This document shows positions 23,801 through 36,867 of a stretch of 64,000 bases of DNA, piece by piece; the first letter of the stretch is position 1, and each line of letters starts with the position of its first letter. Source of the DNA: the human T2T-CHM13v2.0 reference genome, Homo sapiens. The stretch is from positions 19,712,001 through 19,776,000 of the forward strand of contig CP068257.2 of assembly GCA_009914755.4 (NCBI GenBank), written 5' to 3'. Made by a program: the position numbers and the translations under genes. The notes beneath the pieces were generated by a model. It saw only the letters and a list, made by a program, of their open reading frames with translations. It made no database searches and was not told where the DNA came from.

Positions 23801-25896
23801 TTTATTTCTCTAACTCTTTCATATCTTACCCCTTCAACCTCATATTTAATTTGATAGTTCCAGTGAGCCCCTTTAAACTCTTTCAACACAGCTTTTTTTT
23901 TCCTCAAGTTCAAGCCCACACAGTTACCATTTTTTTCCTACTTTTCTTACTTTTTTATTGGTGAGGGCTGACTTTGTAGGAGTACAACTCATGCAACTGC
24001 ACAGATTCTGCACTCTTTAACGACCCCAAGTTTGAGCTAATATGCTGCAGTCATCGTCATCTTGGCATTTTAATAGTTTTTAAATAGAAACTCCCACATT
24101 AAATTTTGCAATTGCCCCTTAAAATTACATAGCCAGTACAGTTCCTGACTTATCATTTTGACTTGTCCTTCCGTTTTGGCATAAATACCTACGAGAAACT
24201 CTTCCTCACCTTTGTCTACCAAATTAGGTTTCCTTTCTGAATGTCATCTATATCAGCATGCATTATAATTTGTCATTTTTTCCTCTGATCCTTATGACCT
24301 GAGAGACCAAGGGCTTTGCTTTCTTACCCATTTTTCTTTTTTTATATGTAAAAGTAAACGTGCTAATTTATTCCCATTAAAGCATCAAAAATAAATGTTT
24401 TGTGTCTAATTTTTGAAACCAAATATTGTACATGCCATCAAATGTTTCAAACATCTTATTGGCATGTTTTGGTGTTTGAAATCCTCATTTAAAATTGAAT
24501 AACATATTTTAAAAACAAAAATTAGAAAAATCACTAATGAAATAAACACATTTAGTAGGTAAAAATGCCCACTTTTCAATTTGAGTGAATGCATTTTTCT
24601 AGCCCCAGAACCCAGCAAAGTGTCTATTACATAGCTGCGGTACATACATAGTTCAAACTCATAGTTGCTACTCAGGTGGTAAATCATATATCAAAAATAA
24701 TCAAACATGAACTCCAGGGCTAGACAACCTGGTCATTCAGCTGCTAAAGCTTATAAGCTGTGGGATGTGGGCTAGTTATTGAATATTTTTCAATTTCTTC
24801 ATCTTAAAATGGAAATACTAGCCTCAGCCTCATAGTGATGTCATGGAGATTAAATACACTAGTAAATGTAAAGCTTTTTGGATGTTGTCTAACAAGTATA
24901 ATTTATCATATGTATGTATTGCCTTTTATAATTATTACATTCAATTCCTATTTGTTGAATAAATTTTTTATTTTATTATCAAAGAAAAGAGAAAGACAGG
25001 AGGACCTAATAAGAAAACTACCTAAGTGAAGAACTTTGATTGCATGTATTTATCTTTCTGACATCATTTACACTGCTGGGTGAAATGGTAATTATACAAG
25101 AGGTCAGCTCATGAAATTGAAATAAGAAGAAGATTAGAAAGCTAGGAGCAAATCCAGAGGAAAGAACATTATTGCTAATAGTAAAGAGAAGAAACTTACA
25201 GGGAGGGAAAACAGTATTTCTGTTTAAAATTCTTAGTATGACTGTAGAAACTGGTGGATTTGATACATTAAAACAGTTTTGAGAAGGTAGTTTGGATAAA
25301 TTAATTCTAATAACCTTTGGAGAGTGTTGGTTTTTCTGTCTACATATTTAGCAGTTATGCATTGTCTTTACCTCAGAGTATTTGAAGTTGAGTTTACTTA
25401 CTCGATAGAGAAATAATGCCATTAGGAATGAGGCAAACAGAATACCTATAGAAGGCATCCACAATGGGGTGCATATTCTTTTGTGTATCTGCATTGATCT
25501 TGCATTCTGCCTATGGTCCCTATTTACCTGTCCATCATCAGGAGAACCACATGACCCCACTGTCTTCTGTGCGTATTCTTGCTTCTCTCATATCTTTCTT
25601 ATGTCCTCTTAGGGCATCTGCCTGGAATTCTTCCCTCAACACCACCCTTCTTTCACTATTTACAGATCACAATCCACACTTTGGTTTGTCAGGAAACATA
25701 CCTACCCCATTCCTCCACTTACTCCTAGAAAGATATAGTTTGCCTACCTGGTGCTTTTCACATTTATTTGAATTGTACTGTAAAATTAGTATCTATCTTG
25801 TTTGTTTAACTTTAATGCCACCAAGGGTAGAAACTATTACAGTTTGCTCAGCACTGCATCGCAGTGCCTGGTTGCTTATTGTAAAATAAATGCACG

Positions 25897-25922
25897 TGCA
25901 CACACACACACACACACACACA
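25897..25922. repeat. (CA)13 microsatellite.
   Basis: gtgcacacacacacacacacacacacacatg. Confidence 0.9.
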
Positions 25923-27893
25923 TGCTCTGACACAAAATAATTGTTGAATGGTTAAGTGAGATGATCCATCAATCTCCCAAAAGGCCAAAGGATTTAATGA
26001 CTCTAAAAGTGTTCCATGACACAGTAGAAAGAATAGAAAGTTTTGGAATACTGGCCACCTCAAATATGCTGTGAACTCTAATTGGATTCTAAATTTGACA
26101 ATAAACGTCTAGTCAGGTGAGGCCACAAAAAATAACCTATAAATAATGACACATTATATAATTTCAATTGTTTGACAATTAAAATTGTCAACAAAAACTT
26201 TTAGTTGCAAATAAACTCAAGAAGTGGTTATCACATGGATATTTGATTAAGGGATTTTTGAAAGGACAATAAACTCTAAAAATAACCATATTATAAAAAT
26301 ATTGAAATACCATTTAAATAAGCAATTCTTAAACTGACCTTCTAGAAGGGCAAAGAACATAACATCAAATCAAATTTCAGAGAGTGCGTTTTTGTAAAGG
26401 ATGGAATAATAATGTACAGTCAGACACTTTGTTTTCTAATCATCTTACTTAATTCAGTGATAGAACCTGGAAATACTAGATAGACAGCAAAAATGCTCAT
26501 TAACCTGTCTCAATCAAATATCAGATGTCTTAAATGAATCTTTAGTAGGTGTTGAATCAGAGCCAAGATATAAATGAATTTTCTTTCAGATATTTGTAAT
26601 GCGTTTCTGTAGCACAAAGAGACATGTCCTTTAGAATGTCAGAAACGAAAATAGAAAATGACCTTGGACTTTTAGTGCAAGTATTTGACTCAAATGCATA
26701 TTGTGCATCATTACAGAGCCAGTGATGAACCTGAGAATGGCTTCTAACTTTCCTAGGAATCACACACTTGGGCACAGTGTCTGTTTTTCCAGAATTTATG
26801 TTAATAATTTCAGGTATATTGATAATAACTTTTAAATGCAAACATTTTTACTAATAACATCTATATACACCAATAGTTTTTCACAAGTCAAAGCCATATC
26901 ATGTATAACAGGTAATTACAAGAGAACATGTTTATTTTCAAGCGAAGATCATGTAACTTTAAAATTTACTTTTCAATACTGTGAAATAATTACGTTTCCT
27001 TTATAAAAATGAATAATTTGCTTTGCATTATTAATAATGTATTTTGTTGTTATATTCCAATAAAGTTAATTAAGTACAAGTGCTTAACTCATAGTAAATA
27101 ATAGCTGAAGGAGTACATTTTCTTTACTCAACTGCATGTAAATTTCACTATAACATAATTTGCTTTCTAAAAATATTAGAATATACTGTTTCTGTCCTAG
27201 AAATTTAAGTGACTTTTACGTGAAGTACCATAAATATTTTCTTACATTTGTTCAACTATACTATCACACTATGGGATGAAATCTGAAGTTCCAGCAAGAC
27301 TTTAGTAAAAGCAACTTATTCCAAGAAAATTATGTAGTTCAAATAAGTCATAATTATTTAGGCAATCAGGAACTATTTTTAATACAATATGAAATTTTGC
27401 CAGTAACTTAAAGGATAGAAAGTAGGATGTTGCCATGTAAATATAGAGAGAAAAAAAGGGGAAAAGTGTAAAACACGTCTGTGAAGAGTGTTTATTCAAA
27501 GCACAGGATATTGTGGAGAGTACAAGTAATTCAAAATAATTGGAATTGACAGTATCCAAATTGTAAAGTGTGCTTGGACAGAAAGGTGATACCACATGAG
27601 AGATCTTTAAACATCAGGCTGAGTGATTGGGTTTTGTTTGGAGTCATTGAAATGCTTTTTATCATTATACAGCCAGGGTACAGGAAACCTTCATGAAGCT
27701 ATGAGAATGTAAAAAGTGTGCTTTTTAAAAAAAACTTATTCTTAGCTATACAAGAAATACTTTCTACATCAGGAACAGTTTCTTTTTTCTTTTTGCCAGA
27801 GAAACATGGGAAGTAACATAATGTTATATGTTTGGTCACCATTTTGCACACACAAGCATAAAATCTTTCTTTTTCCTGAATCGATGTAAACAG

Positions 27894-28044
27894 AGCCCGG
27901 ACGGCCGTATCGAAGTCAAAGGGCAGCATGGAAGCTCATCACTGCATATTAAAGATGTGAAGTTGTCAGATTCAGGGAGATATGACTGTGAAGCTGCAAG
28001 CAGAATTGGAGGGCATCAAAAGAGCATGTACCTTGATATTGAAT
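27894..28044 (+). CDS. NCAM2: Internal coding exon of 151 bp (phase 0 start, ending with 1 extra nt), encoding the C-terminal half of an NCAM-family immunoglobulin C2-type domain. It is most likely NCAM2 (third Ig domain, NCAM2 Ig3).
   Basis: This is the only stop-free frame across the segment. It translates to [50 protein letters not shown] plus a T. The acceptor is tctttctttttcctgaatcgatgtaaacAG|AGCCCG and the donor is GATATTGAAT|gtaagt. It carries the Ig hallmark D-S-G-R-Y-D-C. It is collinear with NCAM1 Ig3 (…DAGEYICTASNTIGQDSQSMYLEVQ|YAPK) but clearly differs from it, leaving the NCAM2 paralog. The M at 27828 in the ORF track is not a real start. Confidence 0.8.
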
Positions 28045-29035
28045 GTAAGTTACTTTCCTTTGTATTTTCATTAAAATAACTTTGCATGCTTTGAAACATA
28101 TGATTTTTCAATAAAGACCAAAATATATATGTAGTTCACATTTCAGTACTTAATGCATAGCTTTAGAGGAAATATAGGAATCATTCAGTCAGTTATTGGA
28201 GACATCTAGTGGAAATTACGGGATATTTCACAGTGCTGTATATTTCATCATTTTGATATTGCTTTTCCTGAAAATGGTCTTTCTTTTTTTGCAACATTGA
28301 ACTCAAAACACAGTATCAACTGAAAAATATTAATTATAAGTAATTGGTCGATATCACTTTAGATTTTTTATTTCTTTATAATATTTATGATTATGTCTCA
28401 AATATGTAGTGTTTACATTTCTTATTCAAATTGTTTTGTTAGGCTATTTTACATTTTCATAAACTATAAAGAGTATTTTAAATGCAGTGAAATGTACTAA
28501 TATGCTGTCTTATCAAAATAGTGTTTATTTTCTGTCTGGAAGAAAGGAGCATGACAAGGATAGTTTTTAAAATAAATTTAAAAATGTACATAACCACGTG
28601 AGTTTTGGGAAATGGGAGGGCTAATGTAAGTCAAGCTTTCACAAAACCCCTCTGGTCACTGCATGGAATTTAAAAATAATTTGGTATACATGCTATTTAA
28701 AAAGGAAGAAACTTAACATCATTCTCAATAAATATTTATGAAGCATCAATATTGGAGAGTCTCTGATGCTTGAAAGGACATAGCTGTTCTTAGTGGAATG
28801 TATGAGATATTCTTATTGACAAAATATTTCTATTGGAGCATGTCTAGTACATTAATATTGATAGAATGCAATGGTAACTGTGAAACAAGATGCATTCTCT
28901 TATCGAGAATGCCTTCAAAAAGAAAATATTTTCTCAAGAATAGACATAAGTTATCCATATTATTTTACATTTTATAGACTGTGCTTGTCAAGAAATTCAT
29001 GGAAAGACCAATCAGAAACTTCTAAAAGAAAAAAG

Positions 29036-29215
29036 CACTGTTGTGGGGTTGGGGGAGAGGGGAGGGATAGCATTAGGAGATATACCTAATGCTAAATGAG
29101 GAGTTACTGGGTGCAGCACACCAGCATGGCACATGTATACATATGTAACTAACCTGCACATTGTGCACATGTACCCTAAAACTTAAAGTATAATAATAAT
29201 AAAAAGGAAAGAAAT
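29036..29215 (+). mobile_element. Short 5'-truncated L1PA 3'-end insertion (about 180 bp) with an A-rich tail.
   Basis: ctgttgtggggttgggggagaggggagggatagcattaggagatatacctaatgctaaatgaggagttactgggtgcagcacaccagcatggcacatgtatacatatgtaactaacctgcacattgtgcacatgtaccctaaaacttaaagtataataataataaaaa is a near-consensus young L1PA 3' UTR. Confidence 0.85.
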
Positions 29216-31499
29216 TCCCATAATAGGATAAAAAGAAAACAAAAACAAAAACAAAAAAAAAAACACCCACTGATATATTTGTTAAACTATACAATTCCTG
29301 GATCTGTAACAACCTTTTTAAAACTATTCATACAGTTGTTGGAATTTACTAAACTTCGTAACTAAAAGAAAAAAAAAGAAAAAAGGATTATGAAAGGCAG
29401 TCAACAATAAAAGGCAACTTGATTCTGACACAAATTACTGACTTCATTTGCTGATATTAGGCAGCTTCTAAGAAAGCCACTTTATTTCCATCACACTTTC
29501 TAAAAAAATAAAAATGGAAAGCATTGATAATATTGAGAACACACAAAGGAGGAAGTGATACCAATAACTTACTTAACCTTTTTCCCTTAATAATTTTTTC
29601 TACTTTTTTCCATTATTACAGTATATTTCTTTTTCAGACCAACAACATCATTAGCAAATTATAAATACTTTACACTTTTACAGTACATTTGTTATATTTT
29701 TAATTAAAATTTGTTTATTTAAACCAAAATTTACTTTATGATTTTTTTTAATTTTTCTAAATGTGAATCTAAATGAAGAAAAAAAAAACTTAAGCATGCC
29801 AAGATATGATTTATATGAGACCTCCTGGCCTCTTCCACTGTCCTACAAAAGTGCTAGGCTGCTAGGCAACATATTATCTTAATGAAACTATATTTAGGAC
29901 TTTTATTCTTTGCATTTCATTAATATTTTAAAACATTTGCTATATCATAGGATTAGTACTAAATGTCTGTTGCAGGTCCTCAGAAAAGTGGAGTTTATGA
30001 GAAATGAACACTATGGATATTTCCAAAGCACAGTAAGGCAGAGTGGCTCGTACAAGATATGCTAGTATTAGAATAATAGGACTAGCTAATATGTTAATTA
30101 ATAGTGTGTTATGTGTCCCTGAGTCCTCAATTTCCTTAGTTATAAGATAAGAGGGTTTAAAGAAGAGACTGTTGGGACCTATTTATACTCAAGCATTTAA
30201 AGATACTTTTATTCAAGCGTATCCACATTCTCCAGAGATGCCCTGGGATTTCTGAATTATTGTCCATGCATGACAGCATAGGTATTTGTGTGAAACAAAT
30301 GAAAACCGAAATTAAGATTATAATTCATATATGTTTATGTTGTAAAACCTCACTGAAAATAGTTTTAAAAACCATACTAGGTCCACCTTAAGCTTCAGGT
30401 TTTGTGCTGAGTGATAATGGACACAAAGATGAATAAAACATAGCTCCTCCTTTATTAGAAGTCTGCCATCAACAGGAGTTTAAATTAAACCGCAGCATGT
30501 ATTCAGATTTCAAAGTGAGAATGAATAAAATATCAAATTAATGTAAAATGCTAATACATAATTACATGAGATTTTTAGTTATTGGTTTTAGCTGGGTAGA
30601 AAATAATGGGATAAACAAACAACTGTATATTGCAATTTGAATTATTTGCTCTTGTAATCTATTAATACCATGAATTAATAACTTTAATACGAAAAAAGTA
30701 CATTGGGTACTTTATTTTTCAAGGACTGATTTCTAACAAAGTACAAGTTGCTTTTGATCACATTGCATTCCTTCTTTATAAGTTTAAATATTGGTTTATG
30801 TTTCTGCTTAATTATTCCAAGGTAAATGTGCAGACTTAAGCTCACCAGAAAATTATGTAGTTTAGTTTATCTTATTTAAACAGGGATGAAAGGTCTTGTT
30901 TTCTAAAAGGATGTTTTGAGAATTATTTGAGTATCCCCTGAGATTATTATTGCCGCCATCTTGATTAGAGGGTAGCTAGATTAATATACTTTGAAAAAAA
31001 TTTTCTTACTATTAAACTATCATGTAAATATAACTACTTTTTGTTTTCCCTAAGCATTGATTATTTTTCTGCAAATATTGTTGAAAATGAGTTGAATGGC
31101 TCTTATAACACTTGATCATTTTTCCTTTTTTTCCAAAATGAAACATTCAAATTTATTCTACTTGAGTGGGGATAATTAGAAAAATAAATATCATCTCTTG
31201 TTAAGACATTATTCAAATATATTTAAGTACAATAAAAGCCCATATATAATGTAAAATATGAGTTTTGACCTATGTATACACCACTAAATCTATAATAATC
31301 ATCAAGATAAACATTTACATCACCCTCAAGAATTTTCTCAAGTCACTTTAAAATCTATCCCTCCTTTTTACAACTATCCCTAGGCATCCATTTATCTACT
31401 TTTGATCACTACAATTTAGTTTACATTTACATGTAAGAATGTATATACATAGAGTCATGCAGTATTATTTTTAATTTACTTTATTATCTTTGAAATGTA

Positions 31500-33800
31500 C
31501 TTATTTACTTTTATTTAGTTATAGTTGACAAATAAAAATTGTATATATTTAAGGTGTACAAATGTGATGCTTTTAAAAATTTATCATTAGTATTATTTTT
31601 GATTGGCCAACAATAATTGTATCCATTTATGGGGTACAATGTAATTTTTGTTGTATGTATATAGTGTTAAATGATTCAGTTAAGCTCATTAACATGTCCA
31701 TTACCTCACCTACCTTTTTTATGGTGAGACATTTAAAATTTACTCTTAGTTACTTTGAAAAGCACATTATTGACTGTAGTGATCCAGCTATGCAATAACT
31801 CTCAAAACCTATTTCTCCTGTCTATCTGCCTGTCTACCCTTTGATCAATAATTCCCCATTTCCTTCCTTCCCATGCACCCACCCCAGCCTCTGCTGACAT
31901 CATTTTACTCTGTTTCTGTGAGTTAAACTTTATAAGCTTCCACAGTTAAGGAAGATTATGAGGTAGTTGTCTTTTTGTGTTTGGCTTATTTAACTGAACA
32001 CCAGTGTCCTCTAGATTCATCCATGTTGTGCAAATGACAAGATTTATCATTTTTTAAATGCTCAATAGTATTCCACTGTGTATCTATACCACATTTCCTT
32101 TATCCTTTCATTCATTGGTGGACATTTAGGTTGATTCCATATCTAGGCTGTTGTGAATAATACTGTCATGAACATGGGACTGCAGATACCTCTACCAGGT
32201 ACAGACTTTTTTTTTTTTCCTTTGGGTATAAACCCAGACAAAGGATTCCTGAATTATAAGGTGGCTCTCATTTTCTTTTTGGGAGGAACTTTTATACCAC
32301 TTTCTATGATGGCCATGCCAATTTACATTCCCAACAAGTGTTCCTTTTTATCTACTTCCTCTTCAGTACTTGTTATTGTTCATCTCTTTGAATAAAGCCA
32401 TTCTAATGAAGTGATTTTTCACTCTGGTTTTAATTTGCATTCCCCTAATGATTAGTGATGCTGAGCACTTTTTTAGGTACTTGTTGGCCATTTGTATGTC
32501 TTCTTTTGAGAAATATCAATTAAAGATAATTTGCCCATTTTAAAATCAGGTTGTTTTCTTGATATTGATTTGCTTGAGTTATTTGTATATTTTGAATATT
32601 AACCCTCTATCAGATGTGTGGTTTGCAAATATTTTCTCACATTATTTGAATTGTCTCTGCTGAGCTTTCACAGCTGGCATACATTCGCATGTATATGTGT
32701 GCATCAATAATTTATACTACTTGTTCCTGTTATTACATCCTACAGATATAACAGAGTTTGTTTATCTAGTACCTATTGATGGACATTTTACGTGTTTTTA
32801 GTTATTGACTACTATGACAAAAAACTTCTGCAAAGATTTTTGCAGATTGTGTGGATATATAAATACTATTCTCTGGAATAAACATTTTTGTTTGATTTCT
32901 TCAGGTAAATTTTTCAAAAGCAAAGAATTATAATTTTGCTGTCGTCTAGTTTATTAAATTTATCAAACTGTTATACGGTTCGTGTTTTTTCTGAAAAAAT
33001 ATTACCTAATTTAAGGCCATGACAATTTATGTCTAAGCTTTCTTTTTAAAGTTTTGTAGATTTTGGTTTTACCTTAGGGCTGTTATTAATTTTGAGTTCA
33101 TTTTTGTGGAGTAGGTGTTCATTATTTTTCCATGTTTATTTCTAGTTGATCAAGCACTAGTTAATAGAAAGGACTTTTCTTTTTCTAGCTAAGAGTTTGA
33201 CAAAGTTGTTGATCTTTTCAGAGTGTTAGCTTTCCATTTTGTTAATTCATATTTTCTATAATATGTCTGTTTTCCAGTTTGATGATTCTGGCTTTATCTT
33301 CATTATTTCCTTTCTTCTATGTATTTTGAATTCACCATGCACTTAGTTGTAGATTTTTTAGGTGGAATCTTAGTATATGTATTTTAGATAATTCTTATTT
33401 TCTAATAGAATCACATAACTCCAGATTTTCACTAAGCAGTGCTTTAACGGAACCCCCCAATATTGTAGTATGTTGCATTTTTGTTGTGATTCAGCTAAAA
33501 ATATAATTTTCCATTTGATTTCAACTTTGGCTCATAGTTATGTACAAGAATCTGTTTAACTTTCAGATATTTGGATTTTTCCTTGATATTTTGCTGTTAT
33601 TGATTTCTAATTTAGTTCAGTTGTGCTCAGAAAACCCTGTATTTTTTATTTTTATATGTATAAAGATTTTATTTATATCCCACCATATTAACTATTTTGG
33701 TGAATAGACGATTTTACTTGAAAAGCACATATATTCTGTAGTTGTTATTGTGTTTTAATGTCAGTTAGATCAAGGTAAATTATGGTATTTGCACTCATCA
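31500..33800 (-). mobile_element. Old L1 (L1M class) 3' half, minus orientation: 3' UTR plus ORF2 C-terminal region. Boundaries are approximate.
   Basis: ggtgtacaaatgtgatgctttt…gctcattaacatgtccattacctcacctaccttttttatggtgagacatttaaaatttactcttag…cccaccccagcctctgctgacatcatttt…cattcattggtggacatttaggttgattccatatctaggctgttgtgaataatactgtcatgaacatgggactgcagatacctc…ccaatttacattcccaacaagtgttcc…ggttttaatttgcattcccctaatgattagtgatgctgagcactttttt… is collinear with the reverse complement of the L1M 3' consensus. Confidence 0.75.
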
Positions 33801-33839
33801 GGATTCCTTAGAGGGACAGAATAAGATATATATGTATAT

Positions 33840-34260
33840 ATATATATGAGTTTATTAAAGAGTATTAACTCACTCCATCACAAGGTGCCACAATAAGCCA
33901 TCTGCAGCCTGAGGACCAAGAAACCCAGTCCGAGTCCCATAGCTGAAGAACTTGTCCAATGTTCGAGGACAGGAGGCATCCAGCATGGAAGAAAGATGTA
34001 GGCTGGGCGGCTAGGCCAGTCTAGTCTTTTCACGTTTTTCTGCCTGCTTTATATTCTGGCCATGTTGGCAGCTGATTAGATGGTGCCCACCCAGATTAAG
34101 GGTGGGTCTGCCTTTTCCAGTCCACTGACTCAAATGTTAATCTCCTTTGGCAACACCCTGGCAGATACACCCAAGAGCAATACTTTGCATCCTTCAATCC
34201 AGTCAAGTTGACCTTCAGTATTAACCATCACAGTATTGTTTAAAACTTCTATCCTTACTG
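33840..34260. repeat. Ancient mammalian interspersed repeat fragment, unclassified (possibly LTR/MaLR-internal class).
   Basis: gagtttattaaagagtattaactcac…gcccacccagattaagggtgggtctgcc…ccactgactcaaatgttaatctcctttggcaacaccctggcagatacacccaagagcaatactttgcatccttcaatccagtcaagttgaccttcagtattaaccatcacag. I recognise this as a multi-copy repeat motif, but the family name is not recalled with confidence. Confidence 0.4.
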
Positions 34261-36435
34261 AATTTTTATTATAGCTGTTTGATCACATTAAGAGGTATTA
34301 AAATCTTCTACCATGACTGTGAACTATTTTTTCTCTCTTTTCTTTGCATTATGTATTTTGAGGCTTACAATGAGACACATAAACATTTATACTTTGTGTG
34401 TTGTGTTACTTTCCTGTTGCTGCTGTAATCAATTACAAAAGACTTAGTTGTATAATAAAACAAATTTATTGTCTTAACCATTTTGGAAGTCAGAGGTCTG
34501 AAATGATTCTCACTGGGCTAAAATCATGTGTGGGTCGGGCTGTGTTCCCTTGTGGAAGCTCCAGAAGGATTCTGTTTTCTTGTTTTTTTTTTCAGCTTCT
34601 CTGAGGCTGCCCACATTCCTTGCCTCATGGATTCCTTCCTTTCTCAGAGCCTGCAATGGCAGATCTAGTCTTTCTCACATCATATCACTCTGACTCTTTT
34701 TTCTTCTTCACAAGTCCATCTCTGTCTCAAACTTTCCTTGCAATTAATTGCATCCACTTGGATAATTCAAGATAACTTTCTCATGTCAACATCTTTACCT
34801 TGGTCGCAGCTGGTAATGTGTTTGCAGTTTCCGAAGGTAAAGGTGTCAGTATCTTTGGGAGGTCGTTATTCTCCCTCCCGTTTGTGTCTTTATGAATATC
34901 CCCTTTCATCAGAATAAAATACCTCTCTTTTTCTCTGCTGATCTCTCACTTGACATATCTTAGCTAATAATCAAATATCTACGCTAGCCCTCTTATGCTT
35001 TTTGTTTGTATAACACTTTCCATTCATTTACTTTTAACCTGTCTGCATTTTTATGTGAAATTAAAATGTGTCTTTTTAGGCAGCATATGATAGAATATTG
35101 CTTTCTCATTGACTGTAAATCTCCTTATAATTGGAGTGTTTAACAAGCAGTCAGTAATTAACAGGGTCAGGGAATAAATATTTTACTTTTTCTGGGCTAC
35201 ATACAGTCTCTGCCATATTTTTTTTTCTCTTGTAAACCATGAAAAATGTAAAGACCATCCTCATCTCTGAGTCACATATAAAAGAAGCCCTTGGGCAAGA
35301 CTTTGCCCATGGGCTATAATTTGCCATCCACTGGTTTAGGCTATTAAGTTTAATGCCATTGTTGTTACTATTTCATTTAGGCCTACAATTTTTATTTATA
35401 TTCTGTTTTTTTTTCCTATGTTTTTTTCACATTCTATGCCCATTTTTCTGCCTTCTATTGAGTTATTCGAAGTTTTAGTATTTGATTTTAATTTATATAT
35501 TGGCAATATTTTTGGTTTTTGTTTTGTTTCATTTTGTTTTGTTTTAAGCGATTCTATAGGAATTTTAAAATACAAACCTACATTTTCAAAGTTTCCTTGA
35601 AATAGACTTGAGTTCATATTTTGACACTTTACATAAAATGTGAAACATTGCAACCATTTGGATTCCTTACACACACCTTATCTAATTATCTTTTTGACAT
35701 CATGCATTACATCTCAAATCATTAAAAATCCCATCAGGAATTAAGATATTTTTTCTTTTAAGTAGTTACGCATATTTTAAAGAACTAAAAAAATATTTTA
35801 TATGTATTCATCTATATGTGGTTTCTTTATTCTTCCTTCATTTTTGAAGATCCCAATTTTTTTTCATCTGAAGAAGTTTCTTCTCCATTTCTTGTAGAGC
35901 AGATTTTCCAGAGATAAATTCCATTAATTTATCTTTCATCAAATGTCCACTACACCTCTTCCTTCCTATTTCTGAAGGATTGTTTTTCTTTGCTCTTGAG
36001 AATTCTACATTGACATTTCTTTAAGCATGGGGTTTCACTATCTTCTAGTCTCCTCTGTTTTCAAAGAGAAAGCCATATAAATTGACCCATTGTTCCCTCA
36101 TATGCCATATATCATTTTATCTAACTGCTTTAAAGCTATTTTCTTTACCTTTGTTATTTATCAATTTGATTAGGATAAGTCTAAGTATTGTTTTCTTTGA
36201 ATTTTCTTATTTGGAGTGTACTGAGCTTCTGGAATGTGGGGATTTATATTTGTCAATATGCTTGAGCCACTATTTCTTTCTGGCCACTATTTCTGCAATT
36301 TTTTTGTGTGTGTAATCTCTTACTAATCTCTGGAACTTTACTTACACATATGTTATACCCTTTGAAATTGTTTCACAGGCTCATGATATACTTTTCAGTT
36401 TTATCTATCTCATTTCTCACTGCCCTTCCAATTAG

Positions 36436-36867
<432 letters not shown>

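Noticed and set aside
27828-28079. Full 83-aa ORF from the track, starting at the M at 27828.
   Set aside because: Only 27894-28044 is bounded by splice acceptor and donor signals and shows Ig-domain similarity. The upstream part ([22 protein letters not shown]) is intronic polypyrimidine-tract read-through, and the downstream part runs into the intron after GTAAGT.
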